A stretch of DNA of 64,000 nt from Veleropilina oligotropha (GCA_048128005.1 JBEUKZ010000036.1:124001-188000); one strand, 5' to 3'. Numbered from the stretch's first letter, positions 1 through 12,269 are shown. The notes: generated by a model from the sequence alone, not told the origin. Program-made: numbers and translations.

Positions 1-1029
1 ACATGAATCGTAATATAATTCATCTTGTTCATATCAAAGTTATCTAATATAATATTAATTAAAAAAATCGCAAAAATGAATTTTTTTGACAGTTATTAAG
101 CAATGATCTTTGATATTATAGACCTGAAATACTTCGTTCACCATTATCCGATTTAAGTTAAATTTGCACTGAAACTATACTGTATTAAGATCATTTTAAT
201 TGGAAATTTTGGCATGCATATGATCAATATTTTTTATGTTTATAAGACATATTTTTATTCCTACTACAGTCTTAGGAAGGCGATTACAGCATTTATGATG
301 TTATCATGAATGAAGTTGTGGCATTTTATGATCTGGTCTTGCAGATGTCGTAAAGGCTGCCTGGTGTAGGCAGTTTATGATGCTGATTTATTGACTCTAC
401 ACGCATGTACTCAGTCCCAGTGACCACTTCTATATATCTCATTAGAATTAACCAGGGGTGATTCATGGCTAACACCATTAAACTAGACTAATGAAAATTG
501 TGGAATAAGGGAGCCTACTATGTTGTCACTGTTAAGATCCCCCCCCCCCCCCCCCCTACACCACACTACTTAATAGACTCTGATTTTTGTACCAGTGATA
601 ACTCCCAAACCACTAATAAAACAAAAAATCTAAAAATGGTAAACATGTAGCTATGGTACTGAAGTTCAGACGCACTTAATTTCAGCCAAGTGGCGCTATC
701 GGCTTACCGGTAATCAAGACTTTCTCTTTAAAAAAAACACCTTTTATACCATCTTCTTCTGTCAAACGGCTGAAGTGATCAACGCGATGTTAATAATAAT
801 AATACATACATACATACATTTATGTAGCGAATTCATCTGTCGTGCAGTACTTCTGTTTGGCTACGATTTCTTTAACATAACTTCATAAGTATTAACGCAT
901 TGTCATATGCTGTGAGATCGGGACTTCACGCGGGCCACTTTAATGGTGCAGGCAAGTTGCTTATTTTTGTTTCCTCTCTCATCTTGGAGCCCTTTTAGCT
1001 GCTTGCAGCTTTAATTTATATTATAAATT

Positions 1030-1574
1030 ACTTGCAGATGTTGAAGCAGCATCAATATAGTAAACACTAAAGTATATATGGATGTAAAACAGTGCCTAGA
1101 ACAAACCATATGCCAATAAACAAAAACTTTAACCAAAATCCACAAACACCTATTTTTATGCAATAATTATATTAAATTTAATTCAACATCACTTCCATAG
1201 TATCAGTTGACATTCATATTATCAATACCAAAGCATATATACACCAAAATGTTGCTTCAGCAACCCATATACACTCAATGAAAAACTTTAACCAGAAACT
1301 TTAACCAAAATTTCTATGTTCAAAAACACCTACATTTATGCAATAATTATATTAAATTTTATTCAATCTCACTTCCAGAGTACCAGGTGTCATCCATACA
1401 ACGCCTACAAAAGCATATATATGCCAAAAAGTATCATGGGAAAGCTACATACACTCAATTCAAAACTTTAACCAAATTGTTTACGAATGTACGGATGCCT
1501 GGATGGATGGACGGACGTACGGACGGACAGGGCAACAACAATATCCCCCGCTGCCTTCGGGCGGGGGATAAAAA
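1030..1574 (-). mobile_element. Non-autonomous Helentron-like (HINE / pearl-type) element
   Basis: Terminal hairpin TATCCCCCGC..GCGGGGGATA (1542-1570), adjacent GGAT/GGAC microsatellite, internal ~180-bp tandem units containing AAAACTTTAACCAAAA. Left boundary approximate. Confidence 0.6.
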
Positions 1575-1879
1575 TTGAATAGAAGTCCATTATATGGTTT
1601 GGATCGATCCTTAATCTGGGGCGGCGGAGCCTTTTTGAAAGTGGGGGGACTGCATGGCTTTAGCCAAAATGTACCATCAACTGCCCGCATGGTGTGAAAT
1701 CCTCTCTCCTGCGTTCTGCCAGTTCGAAAGCCAAATTTCTTAGCATCATTTATTAACCTTTTCCACAAATTAAACGAGTGAATTTTGCGTTTTTTCACAA
1801 AATGGGTTGTTCGCATCTCCTGTTAGATTTGACCCATCATCACTAAGTGAATTTCTCTCTGTCACAATTTACGTGTCTT

Positions 1880-1990
1880 ATTAGTTGGTTGTTTGGCAAC
1901 ATTGTTTTACGACCATTTTTAGCAAATTTTCAGCTGTATTGTAGTTGGGACACCCGGTTTAAGGTCTCACTCCGATCGGATCTGACCGAC
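1880..1990 (-). mobile_element. SINE fragment with Deu/Nin-like central domain
   Basis: GGGACACCCGGTTTAAGGTCTCACTCCGATCGGA resembles the reverse complement of the Deu/Nin SINE core; related copy at ~12330-12370. Confidence 0.45.
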
Positions 1991-2333
1991 ATACATTTAA
2001 AATACGGATCAAAATTGAACAAAACTTCTATAACTTGACTTACTATGTTAGACCTATAGGTCATGATATATCAAAAACGTTACAAGTTCTGAATTATTTA
2101 ATTTAAAAAGAGAAAATATAAGTACGGTTATATTATTTTACTTTGTTAGTCGAAATTTCCAATTAGCATCAAGATTGCTGGATATTCTCTCTTACCAGGT
2201 TGGGGAGAAGTCACTTTTCGGGATATATATCTCAATCGGGATATAAAATATATTCCGAACGGGATATCAAATTTTTAAAACAGTCAAATAACAAAAATGA
2301 GGTTTTTAATTAAACCTAATATTAGTTAAAACA

Positions 2334-2533
2334 TACTTACGTCCTTACTCTTGCCATAATAGTCATATTATCGCCAACCGGAAACAGTGAATAAAGTCAC
2401 ATTTAGGCACTTATTAAGTCAAAACGTACTACGATTACCTCCCCTGCTCCCGCTCTCTAAGTTCCCCCGGCGAGATCTCGCCAAGTCTCGCGAGATATCC
2501 GAGCTCGAGATCACAAGACCTCAATTCAAAGTT
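2334..2533. repeat. DIRS inverted terminal repeat (left)
   Basis: Reverse complement of 9441-9640; no mismatch seen by eye. Confidence 0.95.
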
Positions 2534-2593
2534 CAGAACCCCAAAGGAACTTAGTAGAGGGGAGGAATGCGAAACGCAGGGTGGGTAATCGTA

Positions 2594-2682
2594 GTAAGGA
2601 CGTAAGTATGTTTTAACTAATATTAGGTTTAATTAAAAACCTCATATATAGTTACAAACTACTTACGTCCTTACTCTTGCCA
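2594..2682. repeat. DIRS internal complementary region (ICR)
   Basis: First half is the reverse complement of the element end at 2297-2349; second half is the reverse complement of 9618-9656, reproducing the circle junction. Confidence 0.92.
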
Positions 2683-3468
2683 GAATAACCTTGGATAGGT
2701 GGGTAAGAAGTTCCTTACAACAACCCAAACAAGATAATGACTTACTTTTCACCATTTCAATCAGCTCGAAGCGTCGATTGTGTCCGCCCAGAGTGGAATT
2801 TACTGAGAATTATATTCAACTCTTACCAAGCGAGAATTTCGACCAGTGTTACCGGGAGAATACGCCGTGGTGTTAGTCGGACGAGGTGAACGGAAGTGCA
2901 ATCAGCCCCAGGCACGGCCGGAAGGATGGATCCTTGTAGGTCTTACGTGTCATGGGCCAGTGGCAGCCAAATGGTACTCCTGGCCAAAGGCCGGTAGCCA
3001 GAGGATGCAGTCGGATTTGTAAGCACACGGAACCTAATAGGTTGTGAAAGCGTGAAATCAAAGCAAAGAATTAATAGATTAAATAAATAATCGATATTAA
3101 TAATTGATTCGCATGACCAACTTGCGAAACGCTAACATGTAAGACATGTTACTTAAAATAAATTTTAAGGAAGCAAATATTAAAAAATTTTCAATGTCTT
3201 GAACATCGTATGTTCTTTGTAACAGCTTAGAACATCAATAATATTGAACCTCAAAATCCTATAAGATTTTCGCAATATAATTGTTTATTAATTCAATGTG
3301 ATCTGGCTTATCAATATACTCAGGTATGACATGAAGTACAAAATCTTAAAATGTTTTTAAGAAATGAACAGACATTGAATCGCCTCATATGTGTCTATTT
3401 CATAGAACAGCTAGGCCAACAAATAACAATGCGTCAGCATGAATTATGTATCAATCAAGAAACAATAC

Positions 3469-4520
3469 TCACTGATTAGACGACCCCGGTCTAACAATAC
3501 AACGTTGAGCAGCCACACACTGTAGAGTGCTCAAACCGTCAGCCCCGGTTGAATAGTCCCGCAGATAATGCTTAACAAAGACATTTGCATTCTTCCAGTA
3601 ACCTGCTTGAAGCAACGCTGTGATATTTCAATTATGTCGGAAGGCAATGGAAGCCGCAATTGCACGGACCTCGTGCGTGCGCACAGATAAAATAGTGCGG
3701 TCTACTTCTTCACAGCGAGAGTATACATCTCTCACCACCTGTGAAATCCACCGCGAAACAGTCGTCTTTGTAATGTCGTGGGTGAAGGAAGGTAAATACG
3801 AAATGAATAAACGTAATTTTCCCTGCCGCAGATCACGGGTCCTGTCCAGGTAGAAGCGCAGGGCCCGCACGGGGCAATTTAACCGGTCCTCATCATGCCT
3901 TCCGACCAGCGTAAGCTTAGGGATAATAATATCAGGTGCGTCCTCGTTCGGCCGTTGGTTCTTGGCGAGAAAGCCCAGAATAGGACGCAGCATCACCGAC
4001 CCGTCTGACTGGAATCGAATATCTCGTAGCTTGGCGGATAAGCTATGAATCTCGGAACAACGCCTGCCCGACGCTAAGGCGATCAGAAAAACCGTTTTGT
4101 GCGTTAAGTTCCTCATAGACACCGTGGACATCGGCTCGTACGGGGGTAAGTGTAGAGCGTTAAGAATGAGAACGATATTCCAGGCAGGTGGCCGTATGGT
4201 TCGGGTCGGCATCTCGAGCTCGTAGGATCGTATAAAATCCGAAATCGTTCGGTCGCTAGATAGGCCAACATAGGCACGACACTGTTTTAACGTGGTCGCG
4301 ATCGTTGCCCGATAGCCTTTAACGGCGGACACTGACATACCGCGTTCAAAGAGCGACGATAAAAACTCGATAAACTTGTTCACAGGGGGGCGGAGAATAT
4401 TAACCTGCCGGCTGTGACACCAATCCACGTACTTGACCCATCGGTAGTCATAAACTTTTGTCGTGGAAATCCTTCTCGATCGATAGATGCGTAGGGCTGT
4501 TGCGTGAGAAAATCCTTTCT
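3469..4520 (-). pseudogene. DIRS tyrosine recombinase (3' part of ORF 3628..6402) with one in-frame TGA at 3628-3630
   Basis: SGRRCSEI, LNCPVRAL and RTHEVRA motifs; past the stop the same frame continues NITALLQAGYWKNANVFVKHYLRD, containing the catalytic Tyr, to a stop at 3469. Confidence 0.88.
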
Positions 4521-6620
4521 TAGCAAGGGATCGTTCGATAACCGCCAGGCGTGTAAACGTAAGTCGTTCGGCGATGGGTGGAGTACACGGGTGCGCGGCT
4601 GCATTAACAGGTCCGGTTTCTGCGGGAGCGCTAACGGTCGATCGACGATCAGATCGAGGAGGGTCGGAAACCAAGGTTGCGTGCGATACAGGGGCGCGAT
4701 TAGCGTTATCTCGCAACGTTCGTTCGATGCCTTCTGTAATACCAGTGTCAGAATGCACGACGGGGGGAAGGCATACGCGGACAGATTCTCCCATGTCATT
4801 GACAGTGCGTCGACCGCTAGGGCGGCCGGGTCCGGGTACGGGGAGACATACAGAGGTAGTCGGTAATTGAATTCTGTTGCAAACAGATCGACTTGGGGTT
4901 GCGACCACCGGCGGCAAACGTCCCGAGCTACTCGGCTGTGTAGCGTCCACTCTGTGTGTATTATCTGTGATTTCCGAGAGAGCGAATCCGCTCTGACATT
5001 CAGCTTTCCCGGGATGTGTCGGGCTCGAATCGTCGAGTTGAGGGACATCACTAGGCGGTGTAGGTCTATTGCTCGGTCGCAAAGGGGACGCGAGCGAGTG
5101 CCGCCCTGGTGCTGGATGTAAGCGACGACAGTCGTGTTGTCCGTGGCGAGCATTATGTGCTTGTTGCGGAGATGTGACGAGAGGGACCGTACTGACAGGT
5201 AGACGGCTTCTAACTCTAGGAAGTTGATGTGTCGTCCCTGAAGGTCCGTCGGCCATAGGCCTGATGTCTCGTAACTGTCGAGGTGACCACCCCAGCCGTC
5301 GTTCGAAGCGTCTGTGAACAGGTAAGCGTTCGGCTCTGGCGGGGATATAGGAACCGACTGGTCCGGCAAAGCAGGGTTCAACCACACTGCTGTTGTGTTG
5401 GTAAACCAATGCCGAAGATCGATGCGCTCCGTCCACTGCCCCGTCCATTGTATCCAGCGATCCCTGAACGCCTGTTGTAACGGTCGTTTGTCCATGCGAC
5501 CCGTCGGTAGCAGGGTCGCTACCGACTCGATGTGCCCCAGGACAGTGGCCAGTTGTCGCGCCGTAGTTATGTCCGATGACAGGGTGTCTTGGATAACCGC
5601 GCGTAGGTTCCGCATACGTTTCTGGGTCGGCTTCGCGGTGTACCGGACCGTATCGAAGTCGACTCCGAGGAACGTAAACGTCGTCGAGGGCACGAAGCAG
5701 GATTTTGTCTCGTTGATCTGAAATCCCAGGCGCTTCGTCGATGACAGGGTAAAGCTCGTAGACCGGAGGCACAGATCTCGGGACGCCCCGAGGATCAGCC
5801 AGTCGTCGAGGTACATATGTACCCTGTGCCCTAGAGAGTGTAGGAAGGCCCCAAGCGCCTGTACTGTTCTCGTGAAGACGTAAGGGGCTGACGATAGACC
5901 GAACGGTAGGCACCTGAATTGGTAGATCGTCTTCCCGTGTATAAACCAAAGGTACTGATGAGCCGTGATATGCATCGGGACATGCAGATACGCGTCGGTC
6001 AGATCGATAGACGCTGCCCAGTCGCCCGGACGGATGGCCGCTCGAATCTTCGAGAGGGTTTCTTGCTGGAATTTCTCGGTACGAAGATATCGGTTGAGAT
6101 ACGAGAGATCGAGGATCGGTCGCCAGCGGCCATCGGGTTTCGGGACCAGGAAGAAATGGCTGTAAAATCCTGGTGTGCTGGGCGGCGCGGGATATATCGC
6201 TCCTTTGAGGAGCAAATCCCGCACTGCCTGGTCTAAGACCGCTTGTTTCTCTCCGTTTAGGAGGCGAGCGTGTCTTGGTGGTGGTGCCTCGGTTAAGGTC
6301 GGATGCCGGTTGAATGCCAACTTGTATCCGGCACGCACGACTAAGTGGACCCAGCTGCTGTCTGTTAGCTCTAGCCACGACTGGCTGTACGCTAACAGAC
6401 ACGCTCCCACCGGCGGAAGCGGGCAGCTGGGACCGTCGCGAATGCCGGCAGCCCTAGGGCCGAGGCTTCCCTCTCCCGCTCTGCTTACGGGATTTCGCTG
6501 GAGGTGCTTGCCTCTTCTGAGTGGGTTTATTGGCCGGAGGCCTACCACCCGAAGAGGGCTTCGCACGCTTAGAAGGCTTCGGGGCCCGAACGGGGTGCAG
6601 TACCGCGTTCTCGATGGCAC
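4380..6620 (-). CDS. DIRS pol: reverse transcriptase + RNase H + Dam-like methyltransferase domain
   Basis: LPFGL and YLDD (RT); FTDAS..GWG, HINFLELEAV, TDN, NVRADSLSR (RNase H); VDLFAT...YAFPP (MT). True start uncertain. Confidence 0.93.
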   Translation of the reverse strand: MPSRTRYCTPFGPRSLLSVRSPLRVVGLRPINPLRRGKHLQRNPVSRAGEGSLGPRAAGIRDGPSCPLPPVGACLLAYSQSWLELTDSSWVHLVVRAGYKLAFNRHPTLTEAPPPRHARLLNGEKQAVLDQAVRDLLLKGAIYPAPPSTPGFYSHFFLVPKPDGRWRPILDLSYLNRYLRTEKFQQETLSKIRAAIRPGDWAASIDLTDAYLHVPMHITAHQYLWFIHGKTIYQFRCLPFGLSSAPYVFTRTVQALGAFLHSLGHRVHMYLDDWLILGASRDLCLRSTSFTLSSTKRLGFQINETKSCFVPSTTFTFLGVDFDTVRYTAKPTQKRMRNLRAVIQDTLSSDITTARQLATVLGHIESVATLLPTGRMDKRPLQQAFRDRWIQWTGQWTERIDLRHWFTNTTAVWLNPALPDQSVPISPPEPNAYLFTDASNDGWGGHLDSYETSGLWPTDLQGRHINFLELEAVYLSVRSLSSHLRNKHIMLATDNTTVVAYIQHQGGTRSRPLCDRAIDLHRLVMSLNSTIRARHIPGKLNVRADSLSRKSQIIHTEWTLHSRVARDVCRRWSQPQVDLFATEFNYRLPLYVSPYPDPAALAVDALSMTWENLSAYAFPPSCILTLVLQKASNERCEITLIAPLYRTQPWFPTLLDLIVDRPLALPQKPDLLMQPRTRVLHPSPNDLRLHAWRLSNDPLLRKDFLTQQPYASIDREGFPRQKFMTTDGSSTWIGVTAGRLIFSAPL

Positions 6621-8697
6621 GGTCCTTCATGTCCGCCGCTCTCTTGTCGACGAACTCCGAAAAGTTGTCACCAAAGAGAGTGGTGGCCGAGCAAGGCACG
6701 CATCGCAACGAGCGCCGGGTGGCCTCGTCTAGCGAGGTGCCTTCCAGGCAAGCATCCCTACGAAGTAGGAGTGCATTGCCCAGGACACGTCCCGTCTCCA
6801 ACGCGCTGGTCTCCTGTGCGGCAGCAACCTCCTGGAGGAAGGACAGGGCAGCCTCACAGGCGCCGGGTCCATCCTCCTGTAGTACGGCTATCGCGCCGTC
6901 CAAGAAAAAATCCTGAACAGACGATAGCCGTAGAGCCCGTCGGGCGGCGCTCTCGAAAGCTACCAAGGCGGACCAAGGAACTTTCGCCACGGAGGGAGTG
7001 TGACTGGCGGTCAGTCGACGCAACGCTGCGTCCACATGAGCCGGCTCAGTCGCCAGGCACGGACCAGTACAAGCGAACGGGATCGAACGCGAACTGGCCC
7101 TGAGGTACCTCCCACTACGGAACCCTGAAGGGAACTCGGTCAGCGGGGAGGACTCCACCGGATTGCGCCCCTGAATGAGCTTGGTTGTCGAGTCGACGAC
7201 AAGATCAACCAGCCCAGACTGAGGTAAGGAGGGGAGCTCGGGGGCTTCCCTCTCAACAAACCGATGTGCTGCCGTCCTGTGCTTGGCTGAACCTACGGCC
7301 GACCGAGTCGGTTCCGGCAGGCCAAGCACCCCGCGAAGTGACGCAACGGCGTCGAGCCTTCGGCGGGTGGAGGAGGTCGGCTCCTGCGTGCCTGAAAGAC
7401 TAACGTCTTCGGGCCCGACCGATTCAGGGAGGTCGGAGCGATGGGAACCGAGGTCCTCGTCGGAACGAGGGTCGATCTCCATCACGGAGGCAGGAGCCGT
7501 GCTCTGCGCCATGGGCAGATGTGTAGGTACCAGGCGCGGCTGGGGAGCCGTCGGCCAGGCCTTACACTGTTCCTCGATCCCCGCCGCGATCCATGCCTGG
7601 ACGTTCTCCAAAGAGAAACCCTGAGGCAGGACGGGCGTCGAACTAACAGCCGGTAGTTCAGTCGAGGAAACCGTGGCGCTAGGTAGACGGGCTGCATAGA
7701 CAGGTGGAGCCGAGGACCAGGGTCCCAGGGCACTTGTCGAGCGGTCGAACCCGAACGACTGGCCCGAAGGCGCAGTCAGTGGGCCGGACGACCGGTAGGA
7801 CTGCGGCAACAGTCCATATCGGTCTACCACTCTGTTCGAGAGAGGCACGGTCGGAAAACCGCCGTAGAACCCCTCACCGAACGCAGCCGGTCTGTCCACG
7901 TTCTCTAGCGTGACCATCGTGGGTGCACGGGAAAGAACGGGCCCTCTGAACGTCTCGTGAGCTTCGAGGTTGAGCGGAAAACCCTTAGGGGCAGTCGCGT
8001 CGGTCTCGATCGAGGATTCAGGTGTCGCCAATTGTCCGGATCTTAGACCATCGAAATGGTGTCCGGCCTCTTTAAAGGCTTTCTCATTGGGTCGCTCCCC
8101 GTCGTTAAACGGAGAGTCTCCCGCAGAAGGACTAACGTTCCCCGGATTCTTCGAGGCCGAAGAATAGGAGGGGGATCGTCTGCCCTGCTCAGCTGTTCGC
8201 TGCGCTGCCAGATATACCTTGCTAGCCGGCAAGGTATGGTTGGCTGCAGCTACTAGGCCCGTTTGAGGAGGAACGGTCGGCACTCGGGCCGTTACCTGAA
8301 TCTGGGGTCCCGGCAAGGTTTCGGTGACTCCCCCAAGAGTCGCGGAGGTTTCGCCGGTGGATCCGGCGACAGACGGTACCTTATGTCGGCTGTCGTCCAG
8401 CGTCCCTGAAGCAGACAAAGAAGAAACGTTATCCCTTACGGAACCCCTAAGGGAACTCGTTAACTTACCAGTCTCTTCCTGACCCTTCTCCGGGGGAGGA
8501 CCCACCGTGGCAGTCGCCCTGGTCGACTTACCCTGGTGGGATAGAACCGCCCACTGCTTGTCTGATAAAAGAAGGCACAGATCACATTGAAGTTTAAGAC
8601 TACAACTACGGTGAATACGGCATTCCGTGAGCTTATCAAAACCGTGAATTTTCTGGTTACACCCGGAGCTACTGCACCGGACCCTAGCTGAATACAC
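6454..8697 (-). CDS. DIRS gag-like ORF1
   Basis: 747 aa, N-terminal Cys/His cluster (C..C...CRIH..C...CDLC), Pro/Ser-rich linker, LLRRDACL and TTLFG near the C-terminus; upstream of and overlapping pol. Confidence 0.8.
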   Translation of the reverse strand: MYSARVRCSSSGCNQKIHGFDKLTECRIHRSCSLKLQCDLCLLLSDKQWAVLSHQGKSTRATATVGPPPEKGQEETGKLTSSLRGSVRDNVSSLSASGTLDDSRHKVPSVAGSTGETSATLGGVTETLPGPQIQVTARVPTVPPQTGLVAAANHTLPASKVYLAAQRTAEQGRRSPSYSSASKNPGNVSPSAGDSPFNDGERPNEKAFKEAGHHFDGLRSGQLATPESSIETDATAPKGFPLNLEAHETFRGPVLSRAPTMVTLENVDRPAAFGEGFYGGFPTVPLSNRVVDRYGLLPQSYRSSGPLTAPSGQSFGFDRSTSALGPWSSAPPVYAARLPSATVSSTELPAVSSTPVLPQGFSLENVQAWIAAGIEEQCKAWPTAPQPRLVPTHLPMAQSTAPASVMEIDPRSDEDLGSHRSDLPESVGPEDVSLSGTQEPTSSTRRRLDAVASLRGVLGLPEPTRSAVGSAKHRTAAHRFVEREAPELPSLPQSGLVDLVVDSTTKLIQGRNPVESSPLTEFPSGFRSGRYLRASSRSIPFACTGPCLATEPAHVDAALRRLTASHTPSVAKVPWSALVAFESAARRALRLSSVQDFFLDGAIAVLQEDGPGACEAALSFLQEVAAAQETSALETGRVLGNALLLRRDACLEGTSLDEATRRSLRCVPCSATTLFGDNFSEFVDKRAADMKDRAIENAVLHPVRAPKPSKRAKPSSGGRPPANKPTQKRQAPPAKSRKQSGRGKPRP

Positions 8698-9440
8698 GGG
8701 AGGGTGGTAGTGGGTAGACGGGGTAGGTAAATAGGTATATATATGGTAGTTGTGACTTTTACTACAACAACTCTCAAAATTGCCCTGATCTGAAGATCAA
8801 AGATCAGGCGATATACCGCAAAAAACCCCGAACTGGGAACACCGAGGCCGGGTAATAACCCGGCACGACCCGGTAAAAAACCCGGCAAATTGACTAGAAC
8901 AAACGGGGGTTTTCTCTTAGAAAAAACCGCCCCGAAAAACACCTGAAAACCTCGTGGATGTTTTTATGTTAGTACAATGGCGTATTATCACAGCAACGGC
9001 AGGATATCAGAAAAACGCAAGCGTGATATCAAAACGATCCTGCCTATTAACGACGCTAGAATTTTTATACAATAATAACCAGCAATAGCGTCGTTAAGGA
9101 ATTATCCAATATAATGAGTTACCTGTTTGCAGTCTCAAACAATATCAGATATAAATACCGACCAGAAATTTCTTCTTATTACACGAAACTTCCCCTCTGA
9201 GCGGCCATGCTTTTCCTGCAACAGCGGCGATGTCGGTTTCACTTGATGTCAGAACTTCTCGAAGTTTAGAATCACAATCTATCCTTATTCACTTGTGTTT
9301 TATCTATCCACAACACAGTGTATATTCCACAGTTTATAACTAAAGATAAGTTATAATAGCGTACTCGATTTAAACATGTAAATCGCAGACAAATTCGAAA
9401 TATTTGCGGAGCAAAAACACGACTTTCCGTCTCGGCGGAA

Positions 9441-9640
9441 AACTTTGAATTGAGGTCTTGTGATCTCGAGCTCGGATATCTCGCGAGACTTGGCGAGATC
9501 TCGCCGGGGGAACTTAGAGAGCGGGAGCAGGGGAGGTAATCGTAGTACGTTTTGACTTAATAAGTGCCTAAATGTGACTTTATTCACTGTTTCCGGTTGG
9601 CGATAATATGACTATTATGGCAAGAGTAAGGACGTAAGTA
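9441..9640. repeat. DIRS inverted terminal repeat (right)
   Basis: Reverse complement of 2334-2533. Confidence 0.95.
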
Positions 9641-11589
9641 GTTTGTAACTATATATCTAGCAATTGTAAGTATATGAGAGGCTATATAAGTAAAAACTAT
9701 GAAATTGCGGTCGAATTTTTGCTGTTAAATTCAGGACCAGTGCGGCTCAATTTCATGGCATTATTTACTTATATAACCTCTCATATACTTACATTTGCTA
9801 GATTTTTGTTACTTGACTGCAAAAATCATTTTTTTAAATTTGATATCCCGATCGGGATATATTTAATTTCCCGATTGAGATATATATCCCGAAAAGTGAC
9901 TTCTCCCCAATCTGCTTAAAGTATTGTTGCAGCCCAACTGTCCACAATGCCCAGGTTAACTTCGGCAGTGCTCAACTAACCACGGCAAGTTGGGGAAGCC
10001 CAAGTTAACTTCGGCAGGAAGTCTTCAGCAATCAAATGGATTCCTACTATAGCAGAAATCTTCAAAACTTTTATTAGTAACGGTTTTGGCGTTCAATAAC
10101 AACACATCAGTTGAGAAAAGAAATGTTTTAACACATCTAAAAAGTCTATAATATATATGCATGTTCTGATCAGGACATGGAGGCCTGTAACATATATATA
10201 GCCTTAATTAGGCCTATATAGAGGGTTTCGCGATTGCGATTGACGCCATTGTGGATGGCAGCTTCGACCTCCCGTTCGGTTTTCCGCGAAAATTATAATA
10301 ACGTCGTGCGTGTGTTTTGTGTCTAAAAGACTGTACGGTGATTTTTCTACTACGGTTTGGCATAAACAATGTTAATAAATATATTTAATTCCAAAACCCA
10401 ACGTTGAAAACTGCATGTTCTCATTTGGTAACTTTATTCAAAGGAGATTCAGTCTAACTAACCCGATGGCCGATGTCAGAAAATAACGCTAGGTGCTTCA
10501 TTTATCGGGAATAATATTGACGAAATGGTACATCAACATTAAACTTGCATTAATCCAGGAACATTTAAAACAAATATGCGTTACAAGATTGGGCACATTT
10601 ATTTAAATCAATTTATTAGGCCTTCTAGCTGCACCTACGCTTTCCCCAGGTTTGTATACGAGCCCCAGATTTCATGTGTTGCCGTCAGCAGCGAAGTCGG
10701 CACAGCTCAACGTTGAAGTGAGATTTATCGAATGGGCAAAATGTTGTGTTGTATATAAAATTTCTACTGCTAATAATAAATATATATTATTTTACAGATG
10801 TATTTCCGAATAATTAATATGCAGGCTTTACTAGACTAGTGAAAAGGCCTATAGTTACCAATATTGTATACTCACATAGAGCCATGTACATGCAAGGGAT
10901 GTGCACAATTGACACATTGATATGTGAAGCAGATCATTTATCATGTTATAAATGATACTGTTCTATTAAATAATTTCAATGTAATTTTATAGCAACACAC
11001 TGATGTCACATCATTACCACCATGTGATTATTGTATAAGTATATAATTATATAAGGGTCATAATTATAATTATATAATTATCACAGTAAAACCGATATGG
11101 TATATAGTGTGTGGCCTCATCCTCTCCAAACATCAGGATCTTGCATTAGAATGAACTCCTGACAATGAAACTCAACATTTTTCACTAGACATTCTGTGCT
11201 TTGGCATAAATGATATTGCTTGACAAACACAGCATGTATGCATTTCTTTGAATATAAATGTACTTGCTTCAGGACATGATTTTATTGTTTGTAAATCAGT
11301 GATCTAGTGTCTTGATTTGTGGCACATTTAATCATTCTCTCCAAGCGATTTGCCAATAATTACTGCATCATATAGGTTGGCATTTTGTAGATCCATGAAC
11401 CTATATGGGATATTCCTGTTGATCATTAATCTTCTTGCATAGTATCATCCCAGTTTAACAGGTATAATAAATGTCAAATTCCATCTTGCAATTGGTAATT
11501 TGTTCAATTGTGACAAAAAGGAATGGATCGATGATAAAAGTCCTGTATATTTCCAAACATCATTTGGTTCAAAGCAGGACATGTCCATA

Positions 11590-11752
11590 TTATCGCGAGA
11601 GGAAACCAGCCCTCTCCGACCAGTTACGGACAACTGCGATTCATAACTTGAACAAATGTATGATGTCCCTGCCGAGGTTTGAACCCACTACTGTTCGCAT
11701 CAGCGGATTCAAGTCAGTGCTTTTCAGAGTCCACAACCGATACCACACGACT
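11590..11752 (-). mobile_element. tRNA-derived SINE fragment
   Basis: B-box-like GGTTCAAACC on the minus strand (11673-11686) downstream of an A-box-like segment; no complete cloverleaf. Confidence 0.45.
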
Positions 11753-12269
11753 GTCAAGTGGCATATAGAAAATGGAATTGGCAATACACATGACTTCTAG
11801 TATTCTTGTTACTATGTTCAATAAATGGACGTGCGAAGTGAGATATGATGTCTGATTGGGAAATATGGCACTGGTAATAAACAGTTCCCTCACAAAGGTC
11901 CGGGTCTCAACAGTGTATCCAAAGTTTACGATGAAAATGAGTTCTCAACCAGATCCAAGGAAACCGCATCCACTGACAGGGTGAACTTGGTAATGCTAGC
12001 CTGTGGTTATCTCTTCTTTCAGGTACATGCAAACGGTAAACCTTTTACTTATAATATTAACATGTAAATAAATTCTTGAAAGTATTTCTTATTGTATTAC
12101 TATAATCCTGAATTTGTCAAACACCAATTCAATTAACGATAATTATGTAAATATTCCTGTTCCACAGTGACTGTGTATACTATTATGCAGATTACAATAT
12201 GTTTCAAGGCTTGAACTCCACATTTAGTCTCAGTTTTGATGCCTGAAGCTCTACTAACAGTTGGCTTAG

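Larger units (their letters stand above)
2297..9656 (-). mobile_element. Full-length DIRS1-type tyrosine-recombinase retrotransposon
   Basis: 200-bp ITRs (2334-2533 / 9441-9640), ICR, and overlapping gag, RT-RNaseH-MT and YR ORFs on the minus strand. Confidence 0.95.
2200..9910. mobile_element. Palindromic MITE split by the DIRS insertion (arms 2200-2298 and 9655-9910)
   Basis: TTGGGGAGAAGTCACTTTTCGGGATATATATCTCAATCGGGA at 2200 is the inverse of the sequence ending at 9910. Joining the DIRS flanks restores CAAAAATCTAGCAATTGTAAGTATATGAGAGG, mirrored at ~9778-9808. Confidence 0.8.

Noticed and set aside
2690..3100. Possible self-cleaving ribozyme in the DIRS 3' region
   Set aside because: No hammerhead CTGATGA/GAAA core or HDV fold could be established by eye; needs an Infernal/Rfam search.
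4504..8256. Many plus-strand ORFs over the DIRS
   Set aside because: Antisense shadows of GC-rich coding sequence with no motifs.
11100..11810. THAP/DDE transposase remnants in the 10220-13978 element (e.g. HIENGIG, YTGL)
   Set aside because: Too short, on opposite strands and interrupted by a SINE; not supportable as a CDS.
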